A stretch of 64,000 nt of DNA from Gammaproteobacteria bacterium (GTDB lineage Bacteria; Pseudomonadota; Gammaproteobacteria; UBA4575), in assembly GCA_965243395.1 (NCBI GenBank), contig CBDEUS010000001.1, positions 32,001 to 96,000 of the forward strand. Reading direction: 5' to 3'. The notes beneath the pieces are model-generated. The model saw only the letters and a program-made list of their open reading frames with translations, was not told the origin of the DNA and made no database searches. This document shows positions 9,441-16,936 of this stretch, in pieces; positions within the stretch are counted from its first letter, which is position 1; each line of letters begins with the position of its first letter. A program made the position numbers and the translations under genes.

Positions 9441-10718
9441 ATGTCAAATAAACATCATGTTGTTGTTATTGGAGCTGGGTTTGGCGGAATACAAACTGTC
9501 CATCATCTCAAGCACAAAAATGTCCGCATCACACTTATTGATCAGCATAACTATCATCTTTTCCAGCCCTTACTATACCAAGTTGCAACCGCATTATTGG
9601 CACCATCAGAGATCGCCTGGCCAATACGTAATTTGGTACGTAAGAGAAAGGATATTACTACTTTATTAGCAGTAGTAGCGGATGTAGATAAAGATAACAA
9701 AAAAGTTATTCTAGAAAACGGCGAATCAATTACATACGACACTCTTGTAATAGCAACAGGAGCACGTCACGCTTATTTTGGACATGACGAATGGTCAAAA
9801 TATGCCCCGGGCTTAAAAGTTTTAGAGGAAGCTACATCTATAAGACACAAAATTTTGATCGCATTTGAACGAGCTGAATTTGAAACAGATAAAATGAAAC
9901 AGGATGCGCTTTTAACTTTTGTAATAGTTGGTGGTGGCCCAACAGGTGTAGAACTTGCTGGCACAATTGCCGAGCTTGCGCACCATACGCTATCTAACGA
10001 ATTTCGCCATTTTGATTCTAAAACCACTCGTGTAGTGCTTGTAGAAGCTTCTTCCCGGATTTTGTCTTCATTTTCGGAAAGTCTGTCGAACTATGCAAAG
10101 AAAGCTCTAGAGAATCTCGGGGTAGAAGTTCAACTTGGGCAGCCTGTATCAACCTGTGATGAGGATGGCGTGACTATAGGTTCTGAAAGGCTAAACTCTA
10201 AAACAATTCTTTGGGCAGCAGGGGTTCAAGCATCACCCGCGGCAAATTGGCTTAATGTGCAAGCTGATCATGCAAATCGTGTCATCGTAGAGCCAGATTT
10301 AACGATCCCGAACAATTCAGAAATATTTGTTATTGGAGACACAGCATCAATTAAGGATAAAAATGGCCATCAAATTCCTGGCATTGCACCTGCCGCTAAA
10401 CAACAAGGGCACTATGTAGCCAAACAAATCAAAGCACGTCTTCAAGGTAAAAAATTAACAAACCCATTTCAATATAAAAGCTTTGGGCAGATGGCAACGA
10501 TTGGTAAACGTGCAGCAGTTTTTGAAATCGGTAGACTGAAATTTCATGGCTGGCCTGCTTGGTGGTTATGGGGAATAACACATATTTACTTTTTAATCGG
10601 GGTGCGTAATAGGATGTCTGTTGCATTAAGCTGGTTATGGATTTACTTCAAAGGTGATAGAGGTGCGCGATTGATTACAAACTTTGATACAACAACAACT
10701 GAGAAATTTGAAGAATAG
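9441..10718 (+). CDS. Type II NADH dehydrogenase-like NAD(P)/FAD oxidoreductase
   Basis: Motifs 'VVIGAGFGG', 'FQPLLYQVAT', 'IVGGGPTGVELAG', 'FVIGD', 'APAAKQQG'. ATG 9441 chosen over TTG 9399. Confidence 0.9.
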   Translation: MSNKHHVVVIGAGFGGIQTVHHLKHKNVRITLIDQHNYHLFQPLLYQVATALLAPSEIAWPIRNLVRKRKDITTLLAVVADVDKDNKKVILENGESITYDTLVIATGARHAYFGHDEWSKYAPGLKVLEEATSIRHKILIAFERAEFETDKMKQDALLTFVIVGGGPTGVELAGTIAELAHHTLSNEFRHFDSKTTRVVLVEASSRILSSFSESLSNYAKKALENLGVEVQLGQPVSTCDEDGVTIGSERLNSKTILWAAGVQASPAANWLNVQADHANRVIVEPDLTIPNNSEIFVIGDTASIKDKNGHQIPGIAPAAKQQGHYVAKQIKARLQGKKLTNPFQYKSFGQMATIGKRAAVFEIGRLKFHGWPAWWLWGITHIYFLIGVRNRMSVALSWLWIYFKGDRGARLITNFDTTTTEKFEE

Positions 10719-10761
10719 CAGTAACGTGTTGTTGGAACTATTTAATACGAAATGCTTTAAG

Positions 10762-10789
10762 ATGTCTGCTCACGACCCAAAGCGGACAT
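10762..10789 (+). repeat. 28-bp palindromic repeat, copy A2
   Basis: atgtctgctca-cgaccc-aaagcggacat. Confidence 0.9.
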
Positions 10790-10799
10790 TTTGGTCATC

Positions 10800-11150
10800 A
10801 TGAAATTAATCGTAAATTGCATACTGCATATTAGTTTTATGATTGTATTTGGTTGTTCACAAGAACCTATAATAAATAATTCAAAATTTGCTGAAAGCTT
10901 AATAGAAGAACATTTTTCTATAGGTACGCACGTAAATGAGATAAATAAATTTTGTGACAAAAATGGATATGCAATATATGAAGCTACTAAATGTGAAAAT
11001 AATCAAGAAAGTTGTTCCCATGGAGCACTTGTAACTGTGTCGACACCAAATAATAGCTGGTGGTATGGAAATGGGCTTATTCAAATATATTTAACATTTG
11101 ATGATAATAAAAAATTAAATCATATTAAGCACGAAATATATTATGACTAA
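10800..11150 (+). CDS. Hypothetical lipoprotein (cassette-like)
   Basis: MKLIVNCILHISFMIVFG-C is a lipobox-like signal. Lies between repeat copies A2 and A3. Confidence 0.65.
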   Translation: MKLIVNCILHISFMIVFGCSQEPIINNSKFAESLIEEHFSIGTHVNEINKFCDKNGYAIYEATKCENNQESCSHGALVTVSTPNNSWWYGNGLIQIYLTFDDNKKLNHIKHEIYYD

Positions 11151-11167
11151 CGACCCAAATCGGACTT
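11140..11167 (+). repeat. 28-bp repeat, copy A3 (left arm degenerate)
   Basis: attatgactaa-cgaccc-aaatcggactt. Same core as A2. Overlaps the upstream TAA. Confidence 0.65.
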
Positions 11168-11173
11168 AGCTTT

Positions 11174-11470
11174 ATGACGAATCAGCTATCAAACGAAGAA
11201 GAAAAGGAGCTTTCATCCCTTTATCTTCAAGCAATTATTATTGCTGACAAATTTGCTAATGTAGATTCAAATGAGTCGGAAGCGATTATTGGAATGAATA
11301 ATATTCTAACCAGTGTAAAACCTATAGTGGAAGCGTCTTATCAGAAGAAAAATTTAAAAGGCATGAGGATGATTATAAGTGACTTCAAAGAGATGTTTTC
11401 TGGGTGCTCAGATGAAGATCGGCAAGCAACAAACAAAATATTTAAACAAAATAATTTAGCTGAGTGGTAA
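11174..11470 (+). CDS. Hypothetical protein (cassette-like)
   Basis: 98-aa ORF filling the space between A3 and A4. No recognised motif. Confidence 0.6.
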   Translation: MTNQLSNEEEKELSSLYLQAIIIADKFANVDSNESEAIIGMNNILTSVKPIVEASYQKKNLKGMRMIISDFKEMFSGCSDEDRQATNKIFKQNNLAEW

Positions 11471-11479
11471 TTCGCAAGT

Positions 11480-11507
11480 ATGACCGCTAATGACAGAAAG
11501 TAGAATT
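11480..11507 (+). repeat. 28-bp repeat, copy A4
   Basis: atgaccgctaa-tgacag-aaagtagaatt. Confidence 0.75.
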
Positions 11508-11526
11508 TAGTAAAAAAGGGATAATT

Positions 11527-11955
11527 ATGAAACGTTTAATATTCGCTGTATTATTATTTAATGTTGTTTCAATTACTTTAGCTGCACCTCCTAAACCCGC
11601 TGAAACTAAATATCTAAAAACAGAAGTTGGTGGATTCGCAATAGAGAAAGGAAAAGCACTTTATTCTCTACAATATAAAATTAAAAAGCCCTTTGATAAA
11701 AAAATTTCGGCACAGATTCAGTACGAAAATCCTGATCCCAATGGAGGAAGTTTGATTGATGAATTTATAATTAATCCAGGGCAAGTATCAATTTCTGTCG
11801 AATCAGTAGTGTTAAGTTGTATAAAAAACAATAAAAAATATAAAGTTGTACTAAAACTATTCGACGACGGTAAGCAAATTACCAAACATAAAGATAAGGT
11901 ACAGTTTGCTTTACCAGATGAGATAATTCAGCAGTTAAAAATTACATTATGCTAA
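11527..11955 (+). CDS. Hypothetical exported protein (cassette-like)
   Basis: AAGGGA RBS, Sec signal peptide (MKRLIFAVLLFNVVSITLA), beta-rich, two Cys. Confidence 0.7.
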   Translation: MKRLIFAVLLFNVVSITLAAPPKPAETKYLKTEVGGFAIEKGKALYSLQYKIKKPFDKKISAQIQYENPDPNGGSLIDEFIINPGQVSISVESVVLSCIKNNKKYKVVLKLFDDGKQITKHKDKVQFALPDEIIQQLKITLC

Positions 11956-11963
11956 ATGCGTAA

Positions 11964-11991
11964 ATATCAGCTTTCGAACAAAAGCGGACAT
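11964..11991 (+). repeat. 28-bp repeat, copy A5
   Basis: atatcagcttt-cgaaca-aaagcggacat. Confidence 0.85.
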
Positions 11992-12019
11992 TTAAAATTA
12001 ATGTTCTAATATCATCAAA

Positions 12020-12508
12020 ATGCGTTATTTTCTCTTAGTTCTGACTATATTTTCCAACCTATGTCAAAGTAATCAAGAAGAAGTCTACGTTCAATATAAC
12101 GAATATTTTAACCATGTTAATAGTTCAACAAAAACTGAACCCATTAGTATTTATTTTACAAAAAAAGAAATTTTAAAAAGCAAACAAGCCATCAAAACAA
12201 TGAGAGAGCATGGTTTTAGCGATGACTACATAAAGGATAGTATGTGGAAATATCTCGCAAGAGGCGCACGATTCAAAGAAATATCAGATCATGCAGAGGA
12301 TAATTATTTAGATGATAGTAAATGTTTGGTAATACGAGGTTTATACCATAATAATAAATGGGTAAGTGCAATTCACAAATACGATTACGAAGATGGTTCA
12401 TTTAAGATTGATAGTATTTTTTTAGATTATGATGATGGTGGTGATGAACTATTTATTCACGCTAATCTAGATTTATGTGATTTATTACATAGTGAAACTG
12501 CTACATAA
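12020..12508 (+). CDS. Hypothetical exported protein (cassette-like)
   Basis: Short hydrophobic N-terminus. The TAA stop directly abuts repeat A6. Confidence 0.65.
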   Translation: MRYFLLVLTIFSNLCQSNQEEVYVQYNEYFNHVNSSTKTEPISIYFTKKEILKSKQAIKTMREHGFSDDYIKDSMWKYLARGARFKEISDHAEDNYLDDSKCLVIRGLYHNNKWVSAIHKYDYEDGSFKIDSIFLDYDDGGDELFIHANLDLCDLLHSETAT

Positions 12509-12536
12509 ATGACCGCTATTGGCCGAAAGCGGATAT
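12509..12536 (+). repeat. 28-bp repeat, copy A6
   Basis: atgaccgctat-tggccg-aaagcggatat. Confidence 0.92.
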
Positions 12537-12546
12537 AAAAATTTGT

Positions 12547-13014
12547 ATGAAAAGACAATCACCATTAGTTTGTTGGATACTTTCAGTAATTACCAGCGGC
12601 ATTTATTCATTATATTGGCTTTATAATCGCAGTGATGTAATTAATGAAATGTCGGGTAATACTAATTTTCAAGGAAAGAAAATGGTTAAGAAAATATTGT
12701 TTTCATTTGTAATTGTGTCTGTATTAATGTGTTTAGCGCTATATTTTGATCCTAATCAAGTCAGTAATAAAGAAGCAGATGATGATTTATTTAGCATATT
12801 TTTATGGCTAACATTTTTCGCCGCTATGTTTTATACATGGTCGATTATTCAAGCATTTTACAAAGCTGGATATGCTATCCAAACATTAGAAAAGAAACAG
12901 GACATCGAAAACCAATGCTCACCTTATTTATCATGGGTATTATTATTTTTTTTGTACTTTAATATTCCTTATTTGCAATCTCATTTAAATTGCTTGGGTG
13001 GTCCACAGGAATGA
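12547..13014 (+). CDS. DUF4234-like membrane protein (cassette-like)
   Basis: N-terminal 'ILSVITSGIYSLYWLY' and C-terminal 'PYLQSHLN' match the DUF4234 pattern. Several TM segments. Its TGA is supplied by repeat A7. Confidence 0.7.
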   Translation: MKRQSPLVCWILSVITSGIYSLYWLYNRSDVINEMSGNTNFQGKKMVKKILFSFVIVSVLMCLALYFDPNQVSNKEADDDLFSIFLWLTFFAAMFYTWSIIQAFYKAGYAIQTLEKKQDIENQCSPYLSWVLLFFLYFNIPYLQSHLNCLGGPQE

Positions 13015-13038
13015 CCGCTATTGGCCGGAAGCAGACAT
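13011..13038 (+). repeat. 28-bp repeat, copy A7
   Basis: atgaccgctat-tggccg-gaagcagacat. Confidence 0.92.
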
Positions 13039-13071
13039 ATTTTACTTATAATGGTTTAAATTAGTTTTGAA

Positions 13072-13536
13072 ATGAGTACATATATACATCATCTAACTGC
13101 GAATGATATGACAATCATGAGAGCTATGCTCATAACATTTGGTGAAGTATTCAATGACATGGATACCTATACTGAAAAACAGCCTAGTTCAAACTACTTG
13201 GAAAAATTACTCAATAAGGATTCATTTATCGCATTGGCAGCTTTAAAGAATAATAATGTCGTTGGCGCGATGGTAGCTTATGAGCTTGTAAAATTTGAGC
13301 AAGAACGCAGTGAATTCTACATTTATGATCTAGCAGTAGATAAATCTCATCGGCGTGAGGGTATTGCAACTGGCTTGATAGAAGAGCTAAAAAATATTGC
13401 TGCAAAACGAGGAGCTTACGTAATTTTTGTTCAGGCTGACAAAGGTATTGAGGATGAACCAGCAATTGCACTCTATAATAAGCTTGGAAAAACTTGTGAG
13501 GATGTATTCCACTTTGATATACAAGTTAATGATTAG
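13072..13536 (+). CDS. aac(3)-I: AAC(3)-I family aminoglycoside N-acetyltransferase (GNAT)
   Basis: Colinear with AAC(3)-I motifs: '[18 protein letters not shown]', '[27 protein letters not shown]', '[10 protein letters not shown]', '[20 protein letters not shown]'. Confidence 0.88.
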   Translation: MSTYIHHLTANDMTIMRAMLITFGEVFNDMDTYTEKQPSSNYLEKLLNKDSFIALAALKNNNVVGAMVAYELVKFEQERSEFYIYDLAVDKSHRREGIATGLIEELKNIAAKRGAYVIFVQADKGIEDEPAIALYNKLGKTCEDVFHFDIQVND

Positions 13537-13537
13537 A

Positions 13538-13565
13538 ATGTCCGGTATCGATCCAAAGCGGACTA
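13538..13565 (+). repeat. 28-bp repeat, copy A8
   Basis: atgtccggtat-cgatcc-aaagcggacta, 1 nt after the aac TAG. Confidence 0.88.
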
Positions 13566-13596
13566 ATTATAGAAAACTGACAATCCTATAACATTT

Positions 13597-14097
13597 ATGA
13601 GAATAATATTTTTTTTAATACTAATCATTTTAATATGTTCGTGGTTTTATTATGGGCATTGGATCTTTAACAATAAAAAACTATCTTGGAAAATTATTTG
13701 GGTATTTGTAACAATTCTACCGTTTATTAGTTTTTATTATTTAACTAACCCAAGTGTTAACTATTACAAAAATCAATTTACACTTATATCAGGGTTTGAG
13801 TTTCCTTCAAATGGTATATTTATAGACTATTCTTCATCGTTTCCAGATTTACAAGGCGATTATAGCGTTTGTGGTTTGTTCAAAGCTCCAACTGATTTCA
13901 TAAAAATACTAAACTCTACAATTCCTACAATACAAAATGGTCAATTCAAGCCACGAATGTTTTGCAAATTGGATGAGAAATCAAAATATTACTACACAAA
14001 TGTTTTAGATCTTGAAAATGAGGAACTAGGAGTTACAGGAATACTTGGTATCAGCACCGAAACAAATGTTGTTCATTTTCAATTTTTTAGAAATTAA
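13597..14097 (+). CDS. Hypothetical membrane-anchored protein (cassette-like)
   Basis: Two N-terminal hydrophobic segments followed by a soluble domain. Confidence 0.65.
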   Translation: MRIIFFLILIILICSWFYYGHWIFNNKKLSWKIIWVFVTILPFISFYYLTNPSVNYYKNQFTLISGFEFPSNGIFIDYSSSFPDLQGDYSVCGLFKAPTDFIKILNSTIPTIQNGQFKPRMFCKLDEKSKYYYTNVLDLENEELGVTGILGISTETNVVHFQFFRN

Positions 14098-14100
14098 ATA

Positions 14101-14128
14101 AAATCCGCTATTGGTTGAAAAATATGCA
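14101..14128 (+). repeat. Repeat copy A9 (left arm and core recognisable, right arm lost)
   Basis: aaatccgctat-tggttg-aaaaatatgca, 3 nt after the stop. Confidence 0.55.
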
Positions 14129-14166
14129 AAAATGACAATTAGAACTTATATAAAAATATTTTAATC

Positions 14167-14607
14167 ATGAAAGATATAAAAAAAGTTTTTCGTAATCTTG
14201 AAAGAAAATTGAACAAATCAAGTTGGTTTGATAATGGTTGGGAGATTTACAACCGTGGTGTTTATCTGCAACTCTACAAGGATAGCTGGCACAATCATAA
14301 TCAGGGTGGAATTCATTTTGAAACTTTTATTGAAGCGAGAGAAGTTAAACAAAAGGCATTCCCAATCTGTATGCATGCGGAGGAAGATTGCCCCTCACAA
14401 CAGACTTTCATTCAAGAGTTTATGGCATTGGAAGGTGATCGAATAAAGGGTTGGAAAGGTTATCAAATTGGCGAAGGCTACAGCATCTGCAAAAGAACAC
14501 TTCCTCTTAATTTTAAGAATCTGGAGCAACGGTTATTAGAAGAGTTCAGCAGACTTCGACAACTGGAAAAAAGCGTGGAAAAGGCACTGAGTCTAGTTCA
14601 AATTTAG
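14167..14607 (+). CDS. Hypothetical cytoplasmic protein (cassette-like)
   Basis: 146-aa ORF with protein-like composition ('LQLYKDSWHN..GGIHFE'). Family not recognised. Confidence 0.7.
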   Translation: MKDIKKVFRNLERKLNKSSWFDNGWEIYNRGVYLQLYKDSWHNHNQGGIHFETFIEAREVKQKAFPICMHAEEDCPSQQTFIQEFMALEGDRIKGWKGYQIGEGYSICKRTLPLNFKNLEQRLLEEFSRLRQLEKSVEKALSLVQI

Positions 14608-14622
14608 GCTGGCTTACACGGT

Positions 14623-14650
14623 GCAAACATTAATGGCTGAAAGCAGTCAT
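14623..14650 (+). repeat. Repeat copy A10 (core and right arm recognisable, left arm lost)
   Basis: gcaaacattaa-tggctg-aaagcagtcat. Confidence 0.6.
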
Positions 14651-14676
14651 CTAATTAATGTAATAAGGTATTAAAA

Positions 14677-14970
14677 GTGATTAGAAAACTATTCCTGTCT
14701 ATTATATTTATACCTGTCATTTCATCGGCGTGGATGGGGGGTGGAGGCGGTAAAAGTTATGAGGATGGCATGTTTTGGGGTGCTGATCTGGATCGAAACG
14801 AACGTTTAGATCGAGAGGAAGCTAAGGCTGTTTATAATTTAGCAGAAGATGAAATTTTTACACGCTATGATAAAAATGGGAACGGAACAATAAATCTACC
14901 TGAATTTATGGAATTTTTTCAACATTCTCCATGGACGAATAAAATTAATCATCCTAAAGCTAAAGAGTAA
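14677..14970 (+). CDS. Small exported EF-hand protein
   Basis: Signal peptide and two EF-hand loops, 'DLDRNERLDREE' and 'DKNGNGTINLPE'. Confidence 0.75.
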   Translation: MIRKLFLSIIFIPVISSAWMGGGGGKSYEDGMFWGADLDRNERLDREEAKAVYNLAEDEIFTRYDKNGNGTINLPEFMEFFQHSPWTNKINHPKAKE

Positions 14971-15054
14971 CTTAAAATGATGTGATTTGAGTCAGTGCAG
15001 CACTTGAATTATAAAAGATTATTATTGTTGTTACTCATATTCACATATCCTTAC

Positions 15055-16284
15055 TCAAGCGAAGAACCAATAGCCTAGTGTAATTGCGGCGATGATGCCT
15101 GCCAGGTCCGCAAACAATCCACAGCCAATTGCATGACGCACACGATTAATGCCGACACTCCCAAAGTAAACGGCTAAAACATAAAAAGTTGTTTCTGTAC
15201 TGCCTTGCACAATAGCAGCTACATTAGCGGCAAAAGAATCAACACCGTAGTTGTTCATAGTTTCTAATAACATTGCGCGTGCTCCGCTGCCTGAGAAGGG
15301 GCGCATTAAAGCAGTGGGCAAGGCGGCGATGAAGTCTGGATTTAAACCAAGCGTTATTACAACTTTTTCAATACCTTTCAGCACCATATCCAATATCATG
15401 CTGGCACGTAGTACGCCGATAGCTACAAGCATGGCAACTAGATAAGGAATAATTTTGAGAGCGACATCAAAACCCTGTTTGGCACCATCAATAAATGCGT
15501 CATAAACATTCACTTTGCGTAAAAAACCCATAACAAGAAATGCAATGATGATTAAAAGTAACAATAAATTACCAAGTAAGCTGGATCGCTCTGCAAGTGA
15601 AGAGGAACTTTCACTGAGTAAAAATGCTAGGAGTAAACCGATTAGTGCTCCAAAACCCAAAAGATAAAATAATACAGTTTTATTAAATAGATTTAGGCGC
15701 TGAATGAATGCGACGAGTAGTAAGCCAGCAAGTGTTGAGCAACAAGTGGCAAGAAGAATGGGAATGAATACAGCGGTTGGGTCTACAGAACCTTGCTGTG
15801 CGCGAAATAAAAAGATTGTTACGGGTAGTAAAGTTACTGACGATGTATTGAGTACTAAAAATAAAATCTGGGCGTTGCTGGCAATTTCTTTTTCAGGATT
15901 CAGTTCCTGCAAATCTTGCATCGCTTTAAGGCCGAGCGGAGTTGCAGCATTGTCCAGTCCCAGCATATTTGCAGCCATGTTCATTGTGACTGATCCTATT
16001 GCGGGATGATCGCTTGGTACTTCCGGCATGAGTTTTTTAAACAGAGGGCGGAATGCTTTCGTAAGTAACTCAACAAATCCAGCGCGTTCTGCAATAGTGA
16101 AAAACCCCAGCCAAAGACACAATACTCCAACTAAACCTAGAGCAATTTCGACACTTAAGGAAGCCATATCGAAAGTCGCCTGCACGACCTGTGCAAAGAT
16201 GCCATTGTTATCACGAACAATAAATTGATAAATACAGCTTAGAAATGCTGCTAGGAAAAATCCGAGCCAAATGTAGTTAAGCAT
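15055..16284 (-). CDS. SpmA/SpmB fusion (nucleoside-recognition gate domain) membrane protein
   Basis: Motifs 'MLNYIW', 'ANMLGLDNAATPLGLKAM', 'MRPFSGSGAR', 'GSTETTFYVLAVYFG'. Confidence 0.9.
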   Translation of the reverse strand: MLNYIWLGFFLAAFLSCIYQFIVRDNNGIFAQVVQATFDMASLSVEIALGLVGVLCLWLGFFTIAERAGFVELLTKAFRPLFKKLMPEVPSDHPAIGSVTMNMAANMLGLDNAATPLGLKAMQDLQELNPEKEIASNAQILFLVLNTSSVTLLPVTIFLFRAQQGSVDPTAVFIPILLATCCSTLAGLLLVAFIQRLNLFNKTVLFYLLGFGALIGLLLAFLLSESSSSLAERSSLLGNLLLLLIIIAFLVMGFLRKVNVYDAFIDGAKQGFDVALKIIPYLVAMLVAIGVLRASMILDMVLKGIEKVVITLGLNPDFIAALPTALMRPFSGSGARAMLLETMNNYGVDSFAANVAAIVQGSTETTFYVLAVYFGSVGINRVRHAIGCGLFADLAGIIAAITLGYWFFA

Positions 16285-16307
16285 GTATAAAAATTATCGT
16301 CTAATTG

Positions 16308-16619
16308 TCAACGACCAATGGCTAAAAAAAATGGTAACCACATAATAAATAGAAAAAGTGCAGCAGCTAATTCGATGAACCCAATTGTACGAAATTTATT
16401 TTTTACTTCCTCGTCAGACATACGAATTCGGCACATCATGAAATCAAACATTAAAACCATAAACACGAGTGGTGCTACAGCGGGTGCAATTAATGTGGTA
16501 ATGACCTGCCAGCCTTCTAGATAGACACCTGTACCAGGCTCTGGTGACAGGAAGGCAACGATCAATGCAAACGCGATAAGAATGAGACGTAATGCACCTA
16601 AATCTTTAATAAAACTCAT
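16308..16619 (-). CDS. Hypothetical 3-TM membrane protein
   Basis: 103 aa with three hydrophobic segments. Co-oriented upstream of the spmAB-like gene. Confidence 0.65.
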   Translation of the reverse strand: MSFIKDLGALRLILIAFALIVAFLSPEPGTGVYLEGWQVITTLIAPAVAPLVFMVLMFDFMMCRIRMSDEEVKNKFRTIGFIELAAALFLFIMWLPFFLAIGR

Positions 16620-16936
16620 TAGTTATGATCTTTATACGGCTAGAAGTGTAAATAACTGCAAACTAAATCGACAAAAATTTCACATTAGGTTCTACATTTT
16701 GGACCAAAATTGTCACTTTATGACTGGCTTCAACACTTTAGTAAATCACGTAACCTTTTGTAACTAAAGCGCTTTATCTCATCGGGCGAGACAATCCAAA
16801 TTAAGTTTTAAAGATATACTTTAGCTCATTGATCTGTAATTTGTACCCACTTGTAGGGAACTTAACAGAATAAGGATTTTAACACCCATATGGATTTGGG
16901 AAGAATTTTAACTACATATATATAGGAACTTAAATA

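Noticed and set aside
10762-13565. Repeats as ordinary Rho-independent terminators
   Set aside because: There is no consistent U-tract, the stems are often mismatched, and primary sequence and length are conserved across unrelated genes.
9292-14650. CRISPR array interpretation of the 28-bp repeats
   Set aside because: The intervening sequences are 312-1442 bp whole genes, the repeats are too degenerate, and there are no cas genes in the window.
9292-14650. Classical integron attC sites or XerCD dif sites
   Set aside because: There are no RYYYAAC/GTTRRRY ends, the repeats are too short for attC, and no intI is present. The sequence does not resemble dif (no TTATGTTAAAT arm) despite the same geometry.
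14975-15005. Possible eleventh repeat copy after the EF-hand gene
   Set aside because: atgatgtgatttgagtcagtgcagcact matches too few consensus positions and has no stem.
15055-16284. Sporulation inferred from the SpmAB-like gene
   Set aside because: SpmAB fusions are common in non-sporulating Gram-negative bacteria, and no other sporulation genes are present.
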